A stretch of 64,000 nt of DNA, from NCBI GenBank assembly GCA_964016885.1, contig OZ024744.1, forward strand, positions 92,442,001 through 92,506,000. Reading direction: 5' to 3'. This DNA comes from Eledone cirrhosa. Its lineage: Eukaryota. Both the position numbers and the translations under genes were made by a program. This document shows positions 43,201-54,354 of the stretch, in pieces. Each line of letters opens with the position of its first letter. The first letter of the stretch is position 1. The notes below the pieces were generated by a model. The model searched no databases. It was not told where the DNA came from and saw only the letters and a list, made by a program, of their open reading frames with translations.

Positions 43201-45778
43201 ACTGCCAATCTACTACTGCCATTCTACCACTGCCAATCTACCACTGCCAATCTACTACTGCCAATCTACCACTGCCAATCTACCACTTCCAATTCACCAC
43301 TGCCAATCTACTACTGCCAATCTACCACTGCCAATCTACCACTGCCAATCTAGACTATCAATCCACCACTGCCAATTCACCACTGCCAATCTACTACTGC
43401 CAATCTACCTCAGCCAATCTACTACTGCCAATCTACCACTGCCAATCTACCACTGCCAATTCACCACTGCCAATCTACTACTGCACATCTACCACTGCCA
43501 ATCTACCACTGCCAATCTACCACTGCCTATTCACCACTGCCAATCTACCTATCCAATCTACCACTGCCTATTCACCACTGCCAATCCACCACTGCCAATC
43601 TACCACTGCCTATTCACCACTGCCAATATACTACTGCCAATCTACCTCTGCCAATCTACCACTGCCAATCTACCACTGCCTATTCACCACTGCCAATCTA
43701 CTACTGCCAATCTACCACTGCCAATTTACCACTTCCTATTCACCACTGCCAATCTACTACTGCCAATCTACCACTGCCAATCTACCACTGCCAATCTACC
43801 ACTGCCTATTCACCACTGCCAATCTACTACTGCCAACCTACCACTGCCAATCTACCACTACAAATCTACCACTGCCTATTCACCACTGCCAATCTACTAC
43901 TGCCAATCTACCACTGCCTATTCACCATGCCAATCTACTACTGCCAATCTACCACTGCCAATCTACCACTGCCTATTCACCACTGCCAATCTACTACTGC
44001 CAATCTACCACTGCCAATCTACCACTGCCAATCTACCACTGCCTATTCACCACTGCCAATCTACTACTGCCAATCTACCACTGCCAATCTACCACTGCCT
44101 ATTCACCACTGCCAATCTACTACTGCCAATCTACCACTGCCAATCTACCACTTCCTATTCACCACTGCCAATCTACTACTGCCAATCTACCACTGCCAAT
44201 CTACCACTGCCAATCTACCACTGCCTATTCACCACTGCCAATCTACTACTGCCAATCTACCACTGCCAATCTACCACTGCCAATCTACCACTGCCTATTC
44301 ACCACTGCCAATCTACTACTGCCAATCTACCACTGCCAATCTACCACTACCAATCTACCACTGCCTATTCACCACTGCCAATCTAATACTGCCAATCTAC
44401 CACTGCCAATCTACCACTGCCTATCTACCACTGCCTATTCACCACAGCCAATCTACTACTGCCAATCTACCACTGCCAATCTACCACTGCCAATCTACCA
44501 CTGCCTATTCACCACTGCCAATCTACTACTGCCAATCTACCACTGCCTATTCACCACTGTCAATCTACTACTGCCAATCTACCACTGCCAATCTACTACT
44601 GCCCATCTACCACTGCCTATTCACCACTGCCAATCTACTACTGCCAATCTACCACTGCCAATCTACCACTGCCAATCTACCACTGCCTATTCACCACTGC
44701 CAATCTACTACTGCCAATCTACCACTGCCAATCTACCACTGCCAATCTACCACTGCCTATTCACCACCAGCCAATCTACCTAGCCAATCTACCACTGCCA
44801 ATCTACCACTGCCTATTCACCACTGCCAATCTACTACTGCCAATCTACCACTGCTAATCTACCACTGCCAATCTACCACTGCCAATCTACCACTGCCTAT
44901 TCACCACTGCCAATCTACTACTGCCAATCTACCACTGCCAATCTACCACTGCCTATTCACCACTGCCAATCTACTACTGCCAATCTACCACTGCCAATCT
45001 ACCACTGCCTATTCACCACTGCCAATCTACTACTGCCAATCTACCACTGCCAATCTACCACTGCCTATTCACCACTGCCAATCTACTACTGCCAATCTAC
45101 CACTGCCAATCTACCACTGCCAATCTACCACTGCCTATTCACCACTGCCAATCTACTACTGCGAATCTACCACTGCCAATCTACCACTGCCTATTCACCA
45201 CTGCCAATCTACTACTGCCAATCTACCACTGCCAATCTACCACTGCCAATCTTACACTGCCTATTCACCACTGCCAATCTACTACTGCCAATCTACTACT
45301 GCCAATCTACCACTGCCAATCTACCACTGCCTATTCACCACTGCCAATCTACCTAGCCAATCTACCACTGCCAATCTACCACTGCCTATTCACCACTGCC
45401 AATCTACTACTGCCAATCTACTACTGCCAATCTACCACTGCCAATCTACCACTGCCTATTCACCACTGCCAATCTACCTAGCCAATCTACCACTGCCAAT
45501 CTACCACTGCCTATTCACCACTGCCAATCTACTACTGCCAATCTACCACTGCCAATCTACCACTGCCAATCTATCACTGCCTATTCACCACTGCCAATCT
45601 ACTACTTCCAATCTACCACTACCAATCTACCACTGCCAATCTACCACTGCCAATCTACCACTGCCAATCTACTACTGCCAATCTACCACTGCCAATCTAC
45701 CACTGCCAATTCACCACTGCCAATCTACTACTGCCAATCTACCACTGCCAATCTACCAATGCCAAACTACAACTGCCA
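7268..45778. repeat. 38.5-kb satellite, 14-bp monomer CTGCCAATCTAC(C/T)A, ~2,750 copies
   Basis: Continuous tandem array with recurrent variant monomers (CTGCCAATTCACCA, CTGCCTATTCACCA, CTGCAAATCTATTA). Copy number is length divided by 14. Confidence 0.99.
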
Positions 45779-45924
45779 TAGTAACAATAACAATAACAGA
45801 GGCCAAGTGATAATAATTTGTTTTCTTTCTTATTTATTTCGAATTTCAAACATAACAGAATCTGTTCCAGTAGGTGAAGATGAGCTAATTTCTTAAGATG
45901 ACCCAACTGACTTATCAAATATCA

Positions 45925-46108
45925 CAATCAGCACCACTACTAATACTACTACTACTACCATCACTACCATCACTATCATCATCATCATCATCATCATCAT
46001 TGTCACTATTACCACCACCATCATCATCATCACTGGCACCACCACCACCATCATCATCATCATTATAATAATCATCAAAATCGACAATAACATCATCAAC
46101 AATAACAC

Positions 46109-46152
<44 letters not shown>

Positions 46153-46336
46153 CCACTACCACCACAACTGCCACCACCACCACCACCAACACCATCATCA
46201 TCATCATCATCATCATCACCAATACCGCTACAATCATCATCATCACCACTACCACCACAACTGCCACCACCACCATCATCCTCCTCCTCATCATCATCAT
46301 CATAACTACCACCACAACTGCCAACACCACCTCCAA

Positions 46337-46368
<32 letters not shown>

Positions 46369-46434
46369 TCACCACTACTACCACCACTGCTACCACCACC
46401 ACCGCCACCACCACCACCATCATCACCATCATCG

Positions 46435-46485
<51 letters not shown>

Positions 46486-46558
46486 ACATCATCAACATCA
46501 TCATTACCACTATCACCACAACTGCCACCAACAACAACATCATCATCATCATCATCAT
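45925..46558. repeat. Compound (CAT/CAC/CTA/CAA)n trinucleotide low-complexity tract
   Basis: Runs of catcat, caccac and tactac; gives poly-D/G and poly-M/V pseudo-ORFs. Confidence 0.93.
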
Positions 46559-47202
46559 TGTAGATTTTGCTTCCTTTTTCTCTTCCGTGCTTGAATTGAT
46601 TGGACAGGTCTTGTTTTCTTTTGTCCAGCACAACCTTCTTCCACACATCACATCTGTCGGTCAGTCGGTCAGTCTTTCAGTCTGTCAGTCTGTCATGCTC
46701 TTTTGTCAGGATTGTACCCTAATAAATGAAACCTTAACCCATATGTGCTTACTTACCTGTGAAGAATTAATGTAAACCAAGTCTTTACGGTAAGATTTTC
46801 AAAGTCATTAATCTGTCACAATGAACATAAAAGCCAGCCGTATTCCTGCCATTGTTACAAAAACAATATCGTTTGTCAATTCGATGGTTGACAAGGAAGT
46901 AAACTGCTTTCATAAGACATCTTATCTTTGTTAGGAGCGTTCCGTTTGAAGAATATTATCTTTACAGCTTTTTGTATACAGGAAAGCAGTTCCTTAATGG
47001 AGTGTTTAGAATGAATCAGATGTCGCTACAAATTTAGATATCTATCAATGGTTGAGGAAATTTGCAGCTGAGTTTCATTCATTCATTCATTCAGTCGTTC
47101 AGTCGTTCTCATAATATTACCCATAGGAACGAGATTCTAGGAAACTTACCGCACTCTATAAAATGTTTCTTACCTGTTTAAAATTCCCAGTATGATTAAT
47201 AA

Positions 47203-47612
47203 ATGTTTCTAATTTTGGCACAAGGTCGGATATTTGAAAGGAAGAAGGAAGACTTTAACCCTTTAACATTTACATTACTCTATATTTACTGTTTTATTTT
47301 CATGGTAAAGGCTTTATCTTACATAATATTTAATCTATGAGATTTTGGTATTATTTATTTTGAGAACAATACCTTTACATCAGTATGAGCAGCCAGTTAC
47401 AGCCAGTTTGAACAGAAAGAGGTGAGAGAATTCTGGCCAGATACAGCCAGTTTAAATCGACCCTTGTGTGTTACTGGTACTTTATTTTATCAACCCTGTA
47501 AGGATGAAAGGCAAAGCTAACCTTGACAGGATTTGAACTCAGAACATAAAGGGCTGTAAATATGTCACATAGTATGTTGTCTGACACTCTACCGATACTG
47601 CCAATCCTATGC
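47203..47612 (-). mobile_element. SINE family B copy interrupted by a MITE
   Basis: tttctaattttggcacaagg before 47255 and cgacccttgtgtgttactggtac...ggatttgaactcag...actgccaatc after 47457. Confidence 0.75.
47255..47457. mobile_element. piggyBac-like MITE, one end truncated; inverted copy of 56995-57210
   Basis: Starts TTAA-CCCTTTAACATTTA; internal sequence is the reverse complement of 57010-57200. Confidence 0.65.
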
Positions 47613-47629
47613 CTTCAGTCAGATCAAAT

Positions 47630-47770
47630 AATTGTTTCTACTTTTGGCACAAGGCCAGAAATTATCCCAATGCATTACTGGTACTTTATTTTATCGACCC
47701 CGTAAGGATAAAAGGCAAAGTTAACCTCGGCGGGATTTGAACTCAGATAATAAAGGGCCGTAACTCAATG
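47630..47770 (-). mobile_element. SINE family B copy, head truncated
   Basis: Highly similar to 7097-7235. Confidence 0.8.
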
Positions 47771-47919
47771 CTTTAAATTCGTAATATAAAATTTTTAAAA
47801 TTAGTTGTAATGTGTGCAATTAGTTATTGTATGTGGCCCTCAGATAAGGCATATGTGACCCATGTGGCCCTTGGGGGTACCCTCAGTTGGCATCATTCTA
47901 AAGTCAGATCCAATAGTAG

Positions 47920-48131
47920 TTTCTGATATAGGCACAAGATCAGCAATTTGAAGGGTTGGGGAAAGTTGATTAAATTGATCCCAGTGTGTTACTGGTACTT
48001 TAGTTTATAAACCCTGTAAAGATAAAAGTCAAAGCTAATCGTGACAGGATTTGAACTCAGAATGTAAAGGGCCGTAACTCTATGCCACAAAACATGCTGT
48101 CTGATGCCCTACTGTTACTACCAATCCACTG
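47920..48131 (-). mobile_element. SINE family B copy
   Basis: Body plus ggatttgaactcag B-box and head ...ctaccaatccactg. Confidence 0.8.
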
Positions 48132-48610
48132 TCATCACTGAAATTAAATTTCTATTAATATTAAATTAAATAAACATTTAAAGTAACAAACCTCTCAAAT
48201 CCACATTAAAAAGGCATCCCTGAAATGTACAAAACAGCAGGCATGTCAAACATGTGGCCCTTTACAAGAACACTTGCGGCCCACACAAAGGTTTTTACAG
48301 TGCGAGCATGTTTTAAATTTATAATCTCCTTATAATATATAACCAGCAATTTCTCTGTCTGTCTGTCCGACAGTGGAAACACGTGCGCGCGTGGTTGCTA
48401 TTTCTCTCTCCAGCTATCCCTCTCTTTTAGTCTGTTTGTTTCTCTCACTCTCACTCTTTCTCTTTGTAACACACTAACATTCCTCCCTCTATCGCTGTGA
48501 CGAATGGGGAGATGGGGGAGGAGGAGGAGGAGGAGGAGAGAGTCACTTCGTCACTTCACCTCTGCCTTTCTTTCTCTCCCCTCTCACTCCCTCATTACGT
48601 ACAGACATTA

Positions 48611-48800
48611 GGGCGGTGGATTGGCAGAATCTGTAGAGAGTCGGACACTATGCTTTATAGCATGGAGTTACGTCCCTTTACGGTCTGAGTTCAAATACCG
48701 CCGAGGTTAACTTTGCCTTTCATCCTCACGGGGTCGATAAAATAAAGTACCAGTAATGTACTGGGTAATTGCTGGTCTTGTGCCAAAAGTAGAAACAATT
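48611..48800 (+). mobile_element. tRNA-derived SINE (family B), near full length
   Basis: A-box TGGCAGAATCTG (48622), B-box-like GAGTTCAAATAC (48687), body ctttgcctttcatcct...gtcgataaaataaagtaccagt. Confidence 0.85.
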
Positions 48801-48919
48801 ATTAGAAACATTGCTTCATTTTTACATATCTAAGCATTAGTAAAATAACTAATAATTTCAAAAGTAATTTTTCAATTCCAATTGTTATGAACAGCAAAAC
48901 ATTAATAGTAATTTTGTTC

Positions 48920-49099
48920 TAAGAAATATATATACATTTCTGTGTGTGTAATATATATATATATGCACACACAGAAATATATATACATTTCTGTCTGTGT
49001 AATATATATATATACACACAGAAATATATATACATTTCTGTGTGTGTAATATATATATATATATACACACACAGAAATATATATACATTTCTGTGTGTG

Positions 49100-49140
<41 letters not shown>

Positions 49141-49166
49141 GAAATATATATACATTTCTGTGTGTG

Positions 49167-49241
<75 letters not shown>

Positions 49242-49245
49242 GAGA
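48920..49245. repeat. Palindromic minisatellite with variable (TA)n spacers
   Basis: Unit acacacagaaat-atatatac-atttctgtgtgt repeated ~5 times. Confidence 0.85.
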
Positions 49246-49796
49246 AATATATGGGCATTTCTCTGTTTGTCTGTCTGTCTGTCTGACTGTCCTTCCCTAA
49301 AACTCAAATGTAGGTGCTACAGAAATATTACCTTCCCCTTCCTTTCTCCACTTTGGTACTACCAAGAGAAACACTGTCGCTATAGAAACATTACCTTCCC
49401 CTCTCCACTGACTTTGGTCACTGAGGCCGAGGGAATCGCTGGTTGCTATAGAGACACCTTGCACAAGCCAGAAGTAACCAGTTCGAGGCGGTTCTGACTT
49501 GACACCATGCCAAGGACCATTTGAAGATATATTTCCATCGTTATATCATAACGTTTATGTATCATAACGTTTATATTTCCGTCACTAATCTCTTTTTCTC
49601 CTTTTTCGTTTTAACATATATTTATTTCAAAGATTTCACCGTATAGATAACATATATATTTATACATGCATAAAAGACACACCGAGAGACGGTGAACATG
49701 TGGTGCCGAAAACATTTCTCATCCAAATCTCAACAATATCAGTATATATATTAGATTTGCTAGCAGTAAACCGCCCACCGGGTGGTTTTCTGCTAG

Positions 49797-50257
49797 TCTA
49801 TATATATAAAACTGAGGATGTCTGTCTGTGCGTGTGTGTGAGTTTGAATCTCTAAAACTAGAGAAGTACCCAACCGACTGTTTCCAAACTTTACACATGT
49901 AATACTTATATTTCAGGGAGTGTTCTGAGCAAAGAAAATTTCAAATTTTCAATGCCCTATGAACCGCATTAGGCGATTTAGCGATCTCTCTCTATAATTC
50001 TTAGTCTTTCTCTTTTTAGATACATACATATAACGTCGCGCCCTTATAATATCTGTCTGTATGTCTGACTGTCTGCTGCCTCCGGTTATTGCCATCCTTG
50101 CTCAAGACAAATCTCACACTCATTCCCCAAACAGTTGGTAAGTGCACACAGACCCTTACTTCTTTGCCAGCCGTGGTTGTAGCAATACTAAGCTTAGCTA
50201 AGGCGGTTATATATTTCACAATACCTTATCCCGTGCAACGCCGGGTACCACTGCTAG
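49797..50257 (+). mobile_element. Non-autonomous Helitron-like unit, copy 1
   Basis: 5' TC(tatatatataaaac); 3' hairpin cccg...cggg followed by CTAG. Confidence 0.75.
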
Positions 50258-50849
50258 TCTGTCTATATAAAACTGGGGATGTCTGTCTGTGTGTGTGTGA
50301 GTTTGAATCCCTAAAACTCGAGAACCACCCAACCGACTGTTTTCAAACTTTACACATGTAATACTTATGTTTCAGGGAGTGTTCTGAGCAAAAGACATTT
50401 CAAATTTTCAATGCCCTAGGGACCACATTAGGCGATTTAGCGATCTCTCTCTATAATTCTTAGTCTTTCTCTTTTTAGATAGATACATACATATATCGTC
50501 GCGCGCTTATAATATCTGTCTGTATGTCTGATGTCTGCATTACGTCACTTCCTACAAATCGCTCTGCGTCCAGAACGCGCCCTTATAATATCTGTCTGCA
50601 TGTCTGGCTGTCTGCTGCCCCCGGTTATTCTGCCACCCTTGCTCAAGACAAATCTCACACTCATTCCCCAAACAGTTGGTAAGTGCACACAACTTCTTCC
50701 TCGCGTTTTAAGCCACAGTGTTGCTTACTTACGTACCACCAGACCCTTACTTCTTTGCCAGCCGAGGTTGTGGCAATACTAAGCTTAGCTAAGGCGGTTT
50801 TTATATTTCACAATACCTTATCCCGTGCAACTCCGGGAACCACTGCTAG
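50258..50849 (+). mobile_element. Non-autonomous Helitron-like unit, copy 2 (head-to-tail)
   Basis: Direct repeat of copy 1 with extra internal segments; 5' TC, 3' tcccg...cggga hairpin and CTAG|T. Confidence 0.75.
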
Positions 50850-50864
50850 TATTATAATATAATC

Positions 50865-50996
50865 AGAACACTTTATGATCTGAGTTCAAATCTCACCGAG
50901 GTTAACTTTGCCTTTCATCCTTACAGGGTTGATAAAATAAAGTACCATTAATACATTGGGGTAATTGCTGGCCTTGTGCTAAAAGTAGAAACAATT
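50865..50996 (+). mobile_element. SINE family B copy, head truncated
   Basis: ctgagttcaaatc...gaggttaactttgcctttcatcc...aaagtagaaacaatt. Confidence 0.8.
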
Positions 50997-51454
50997 ATAT
51001 TACAATAACGTATTGGCCATTGAGCAAGTTTGATGTGTATAACTTTCCCCCTTTCGTGATTAGAATGAATCATTAAAAATATATTTATTATTCACTGTTG
51101 TATAAATAACATTGCAAATTGTTTATAATTCTTACAAAATGAGAATATAAACACATAATAAATACAATTAATTATTGCTAGGAACCTCACAAATTTAATG
51201 CAGAAAAGTATATGATTAAAGCGATAGAGAAAAAACAACCATCAATCCAGCACCAAATGCGATAATCGGTCGCACACCACATGGGTCAAGGGAAAATTTT
51301 GAGACAAGCCAACACGCTGTACTACCTCTGGTGATGACGAGGCTAAGGCAATGAAAGAACGTCACGAACCCCACAGGCTGGGAAAAATAGTTATTTGTGT
51401 GTATTTGAAACAAATATCGCCACAGTTTATAATAACTAATATTTATTGATCTCT

Positions 51455-51625
51455 GTCCCTGTGAAAACTGAGACACTCGTCCTCTCAAGGAAGCCTGCAC
51501 AGTGCACTTTACATGTGAACGGAGTTCCACTGAAGTAGGTAGAGAAGTTCAAGTATCTCGGGGCCGTGTTCACGAGTGATGGGAGGCAGGAGGTGGAATT
51601 AAGGGCAAGAATTGCAGGTGCTAGT
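51455..51625 (+). pseudogene. Short LINE RT fragment inside the hAT element
   Basis: Translates LHVNGVPLK*VEKFKYLGAVFTSDGRQEVELRARIAGAS (FKYLG motif). Confidence 0.7.
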
Positions 51626-51779
51626 ATAAAATAAAAAAAATAGTTGTAGTGTGCGCAATTAGTTGTCATGTGTGGCCCTCAGACAACACATATGTGACCC
51701 ATGTGGCCCTCGGGGTACCCTCAGTTTGACATGCCTGCGAAACAGAATTATGATGGTATCACATTAAAAATAAATATCT

Positions 51780-52640
51780 TTACTCTAATACTGCAAATTT
51801 TCTTTACTTACTGCAAATTTTCACTCCACTAGTAAAGACTATAATTATTTGAATTAACAAACTACATGAAATCACATTGACAAGACATTTTTAGAAAGTA
51901 TAAAACTGCACTATGACTGCATCATATTAAATATTAATGTTTTTACTCTAATACTACAAACCTTCACAGCAATCTGTCCACATGTTAAGGTAGTATAAAC
52001 ATTTGAATTAACAAACTCATTTAAAAAATATTTTCTACTAAATCATTACCGAATTTTAAGAGATAGTAATGCAATTTTTTTAATAATAATCTGTCCACTA
52101 GTATAGATGCTGTAAACATTTGAATTAACAAACATGTTTTTAGATATTTTCTACTAAATCATTACAGGATACAGTAGCGTGCAGGGGGGGGGGCGACAGT
52201 GCGTTGGCCCTGGGCCTCATTTTGGGAAAAGAACTTAATAAATTTGATTATCATTAATTAAAATTGAATAAAGCGTTTATTTCATGTTTCATCTGTGCTT
52301 ATATATTCAAAATGTTTTCCTTTCTCATAATATTTCTCGGTATATTAGGCCTTATACTTGAGTCTTTGGGGCATACAATCAAAATTTTCCCCAGGCATCA
52401 CCAGAGCTCTGCACGCCGCTGACAGTATGTTAAGAGATAATACTGTAAGGCTGCACAACAATCTGTTCTCTAGTAAAGATACTATAAACATTTGAATTAA
52501 CAAACTCATTAAAAATATTTTCTACTAAATCATTACAGAATTTTAAGAGATAATACTGCAAATTCTCACAACAATCTGTCCACCAGTAAAGATACTATAT
52601 TTGGATTAACAAACCTCTTTTTAGATATTTTTTACTAAAT
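51780..52640. repeat. Degenerate ~100-110-bp AT-rich tandem repeat, resuming at 56776-56905
   Basis: Recurrent aatctgtccac.agtaaagatactataaacatttgaattaacaaac...atattttctactaaatcattacag. Confidence 0.75.
52172..52421. mobile_element. hAT-like MITE
   Basis: TIRs cagtagcgtgcag / ctgcacgccgctg; 8-bp flanks acaggata / acagtatg (6/8). Confidence 0.65.
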
Positions 52641-53304
52641 CACAGGTTCTCAACCCATTTAGGCCAAACGCCTGTCCCTCGAAATCACGAAACGCCCCCC
52701 TTACCCTAGTTTTTCATTTTTCAATATACTAAAGATTTTGATATCAGTCGATTACTAAAATAATTGATTAAACAATATTCCAAAGATACCATTGCAGGCA
52801 GCTGAGAGTATAAATACAAATACATTCCTTGAAAGGAAATATATAAATTTCAAAAAAAGGAACATAAATGTTCTTTTTTATGAATAAGGACCAGTTGAAT
52901 TTGTTATATTCCCACCAGACGATACCAGCTATTTTGAACATTTATACAAGAGCAACTCTATCCCAAGAGTGCTCTTATCTGGAAGAAAGTGGCAATTATA
53001 TCATTTCAAAGCTTTCCAATTTTCCCTTTAATGAAACGGACAGAATAAATGTTGATATCTAACTTGATGACCCCTCTGTTTTGTGAGCTTAGAGATTACG
53101 GAAGAGGGTTTTCATGACCACGCGGGAGGGTATATTTATTAGTAAATCGAAAAATATATTCAACAAATAAGTAAGTGAATTGTGGTAGATGGTTTTCAGT
53201 CCAGTCAGACTGCAACTACAAATAAAATAATTGTTAGTTTGCTTTATAACAATAACATATCCAAGTTTTCGGATAAATCAACTTACTTTAACTTTGACCT
53301 CATT

Positions 53305-54352
53305 TCAATAGGACCCTTGAGCTTCATGGAGTCTAGTTAACTCTTTGACATGAGACTGAATTTTCATAAGATGTAGCCAGAAATTTCCACATGTAATTAC
53401 ATTGTAGCGGTTGCTAGCCTTACCGTGCAGTCTGGAAACAGCACCAAACCTCCTCTCGACTAAGTATGAGCTTGGAAAAAGCAGAGCAAATTTCTTAGCC
53501 TCTGCATGTAGGAGTGGAAATCGATGCTGAATTTCCTTTTGCATCCAAAAAAGGAGTTCACCTATTTTGGCAAATCAAATTTTGATCATGTCATCTGCTT
53601 GAAGTTCAATGAATCCTTCTTGAAATGTAACGTCCAAACCGTCGACGGTAGCTACGAAAGGATCTACTATCCACATTGGGATGTCCATCGGCAAAAGGTC
53701 GCCAAACCGTTCTCTCATGTTGTCTTGTAGTGCACGGAAGTGAGCGGTATAAATTTGGAGTTGGTCATCACTTACAATGTTTTGAACATTGGCGACACTA
53801 GGAAATTTATAGAATTCCCGTCAACAAAGATTCCTTTCGATTACATTCAATTTGGCCAGGAATGTTTTCACAGCATTCCTTGCTTTAAGCAATGTGATAT
53901 TCTTCCCCTGCAAAGCCATAATGACGCTGTTGCATTTGTCGAAGATGTTGGTGAGGTAGGCGCAGTCTTGCCTCACATCGAGGGTTTTCTTGTACAGTTC
54001 TGTGTTGCGTCTTCGAAGAAACTCAATGATAGAGTCGAACAGTTCAAAGAAGTGAGTAAAGCACTTGCCCTTTGAAAGCCACCTCACTTCAGTATGAAGG
54101 AGCAACTTGACGAATTCTTCGTCATTATCTTGTCACAGTTGCCGGAAAATCCGTTCATTGAGTGAATGGCATTTGATAAAATTGATGACATCAATGGCCA
54201 CCTGCAAGAACTTGCTCAGCGGCACACTGAGTTTCTTCGCAGCCAAGTGTTGAATGAACAGCAAATACAGATAGATTTTCTCTCTTCAGAAGAGTGACCA
54301 AATCCTGATGTTGGCTGACCATTGCTATTGCGTCATCCATAGCACATGATAC
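53305..54352 (-). pseudogene. hAT transposase remnant (ZBED8/SCAND3/Buster-like)
   Basis: VSCAMDDAIAM (degenerate DGA..M), LLHTEVRWLSKG, AYLTNIF..N...LQG and C-terminal FPSSYLVE.RF motifs, with frameshifts. Confidence 0.88.
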
Positions 54353-54354
54353 AA

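Larger units (their letters stand above)
48238..51737. mobile_element. Non-autonomous hAT DNA transposon carrying nested insertions
   Basis: Perfect 14-bp TIRs CAGGCATGTCAAAC / GTTTGACATGCCTG, subterminal tgtggccc motifs, 8-bp TSD caaaacag / cgaaacag (7/8). Confidence 0.85.

Noticed and set aside
7268-45778. Telomeric repeat tract
   Set aside because: Not TTAGGG-like, internal, and explained by the adjacent SINE head.
7212-45810. Dozens of long ORFs with STTANLPLPIYHCQ repeats as real genes
   Set aside because: They overlap in all three frames, follow from a stop-free 14-mer, have arbitrary starts and stops, and lack unique domains.
45893-46651. Asp/Gly-rich biomineralisation-like or Met/Val-rich protein
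   Set aside because: Trinucleotide low-complexity tract open in two frames with no non-repetitive domain; cannot be supported without expression data.
48611-48700. tRNA gene
   Set aside because: Has A/B boxes but no cloverleaf that I can fold, and continues into a multicopy SINE body.
53305-54352. Domesticated ZBED8/SCAND3-like host gene
   Set aside because: Frameshifted, truncated, and still inside TIRs and a TSD.
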